From positions 2,093,681-2,157,680 of the forward strand of contig CP070704.1 of the NCBI GenBank assembly GCA_020349945.1: a stretch of 64,000 bases of DNA, in the 5' to 3' direction. Shown piece after piece: positions 62,550 through 64,000 of this stretch (position 1 is the stretch's first letter; each line of letters begins with the position of its first letter). A program made the position numbers and the translations under genes. The DNA is from Deltaproteobacteria bacterium (GTDB lineage: Bacteria; Desulfobacterota; DSM-4660; Desulfatiglandales; B25-G16). Under the pieces are notes generated by a model, which saw only the letters and a program-made list of their open reading frames with translations, ran no database searches and was not told the origin of the DNA.

Positions 62550-63781
62550 GGAACGTATACGATATTTTTCAGGAAAGAGGCTTTATTGAACAGGTAACGG
62601 ATGAAAATATGGTCAGGGAGGTCTTGGCCAAATCAATTACCTGCTATATCGGCTTTGACCCGACGGCAAAAAGCCTCCATATTGGGAGCTTGCTTCCCAT
62701 TATGTCGCTTGCACACATGCAGAGGGGAGGTCATAGGCCAATAGTTGTGATCGGGGGTGGAACAGCTCTTGTGGGCGATCCTAGTGGTAAGGATGAGATC
62801 AGACCTGTTATGACGAAGGAGGAGATTGACAGCAATGCTAAAGGTATCAAGAGACAATTGTCTCAGTTTATCGATTTCACTAATGGGAAGGCTGTTATGC
62901 TCAATAACGCCGACTGGCTGGTCTCTTTAAAATACATAGACTTTTTAAGAGATATAGGTAGACATTTCAGTGTAAACCGGATGCTGGCGGCCGAAAGCTA
63001 TCGCCAGAGACTGGGGAGTGGTCTCAGCTTTTTGGGATTCAATTATATGCTCCTTCAGGCTTATGATTTCTGGTATCTTTCTAAAAGCTGGAACTGTGTC
63101 CTGCAGATGGGAGGAAACGATCAGTGGGGGAATATCTTAGCTGGTGCTGACCTGACTAGAAGGATTGAGGGGAAGATTATCCATGGTCTGACCTTTCCCT
63201 TGATAACCACTGCTGATGGCTCCAAGATGGGCAAAACAAACAGAGGCGCCGTATGGCTTGATCATGAATTGACATCCCCTTACGAGTACTACCAATATTG
63301 GGTAAACATAGATGATCGGGATGTGAAGAGGTTTCTTTCGTTTTTTACCTTCCTTCCCATGCATGAGATTGAAGAGCTTTCGCGGTTAACGGGGGAGGAT
63401 TTACGAAAGGCCAAGGAGGTCTTGGCCTATGAGGCCACAAAGATATGTCATGGTCAAGACGCGGCAGATAGGGCCAAAAGCTCTGCCAGACAGCTGTTCA
63501 GCCAAAAGGTTGTTAAAGACATTGAAGCAATTCCTACCTACGTTATGACAAGTGATGATTTAGGTAAGGGCATTGAGGCCTATATTCTTTTCAAGGAAAC
63601 AGGGCTATGTAAGACGAGGGGTGAAGCAAGGAGGTTAATATCCCAGTGGGGTGCCTATATAAATGGAAAGAGGGTCCCATCCTTTATAACAGTAGTTGGA
63701 ACAGATGATATCCAGAATAATATCATCTTGCTAAGAGCAGGAAAGAAGAACTACCTCAAGGTTTATATTCAAGATCCATAG
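62546..63781 (+). CDS. tyrS: Tyrosine-tRNA ligase
   Basis: HIGS (HIGH-type) and KMGKT (KMSKS-type) motifs plus a C-terminal S4-like domain. ATGA overlap with the upstream gene. Confidence 0.97.
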   Translation: MRNVYDIFQERGFIEQVTDENMVREVLAKSITCYIGFDPTAKSLHIGSLLPIMSLAHMQRGGHRPIVVIGGGTALVGDPSGKDEIRPVMTKEEIDSNAKGIKRQLSQFIDFTNGKAVMLNNADWLVSLKYIDFLRDIGRHFSVNRMLAAESYRQRLGSGLSFLGFNYMLLQAYDFWYLSKSWNCVLQMGGNDQWGNILAGADLTRRIEGKIIHGLTFPLITTADGSKMGKTNRGAVWLDHELTSPYEYYQYWVNIDDRDVKRFLSFFTFLPMHEIEELSRLTGEDLRKAKEVLAYEATKICHGQDAADRAKSSARQLFSQKVVKDIEAIPTYVMTSDDLGKGIEAYILFKETGLCKTRGEARRLISQWGAYINGKRVPSFITVVGTDDIQNNIILLRAGKKNYLKVYIQDP

Positions 63782-64000
63782 GTTGATTAATCTATTCCCT
63801 GTCGCTATATCCGAATGTAGAGGCCCTGCCTTACATCCCACTATTGTTGCAGTCCAACACCCCACTTCTCCAAAGGTGGTCCCCTGGCATTCCATGTGAA
63901 TGGCAGAAATTTCGTGTCATTAAATGGCTTATGATATCCCCCTTAAGTGGATAGAAGTTCCGATAAGGAAATGCCACAAGAGGTAGGTGAAGGTGAAAAA

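Noticed and set aside
63782-64000. Non-coding tail after tyrS, with a short hairpin (CATTC-catgt-GAATG) and the words CCAAAGGTGG and GTGAATG that also occur in the 215-bp repeat.
   Set aside because: The shared words are short and in a different order, so there is no colinear alignment. No tRNA, SRP, tmRNA or RNase P signatures are present. A minus-strand frame entering from the right edge is only 22 codons long, too little to call.

Overview
64-kb chromosomal segment of a Gram-negative bacterium. waaA, surA-like genes, a long yidC and a GyrB with the long insertion support this; a Desulfobacterota-like lineage is only a guess. The content is mostly housekeeping, and I saw no rRNA, tRNA, CRISPR array, transposase, integrase or recognisable defence gene. 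Layout: (i) 1-5.7 kb: partial MBL hydrolase, then a small-protein/SSS-symporter/CN-hydrolase cassette bracketed by two ~215-bp direct repeats, ending at a truncated guaA next to hisH. (ii) 5.6-8.2 kb: waaA operon. (iii) 8.5-18.2 kb: amino-sugar operon (GlmU-C-like LbH protein, glmM, nagB-like, a 1239-aa GlmS paralogue, a 576-aa unknown) behind a consensus sigma-54 promoter. (iv) 18.3-37.5 kb: nitrogen-assimilation cluster (gdh, PEP-binding protein, archaeal-type glutamate synthase plus ferredoxin, GAF-ANTAR regulator, DUF1846, carB, purF, nadE, hisF remnant, glnA, AsnA-like ligase). (v) 37.5-50.9 kb, minus strand: gpsA, gyrA, gyrB, dnaN, acyl-CoA dehydrogenase, mnmE, jag, yidC, yidD, rnpA, rpmH, with no dnaA or recF. 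(vi) 51-64 kb: mreB, an AOR remnant, an enolase/UROD/corrinoid cassette, mfd, two PPIases, rodZ-like, tyrS. The best-supported non-obvious signals are two near-identical ANTAR-type antiterminator leaders (gdh and the glutamate synthase operon) next to the GAF-ANTAR gene, the direct-repeat-bracketed cassette abutting the guaA fragment, the double-length GlmS paralogue with an internal catalytic Cys, and three identifiable 3'-terminal gene remnants plus one unassigned start-less frame. Everything rests on reading the sequence and translations by eye; no searches were run.
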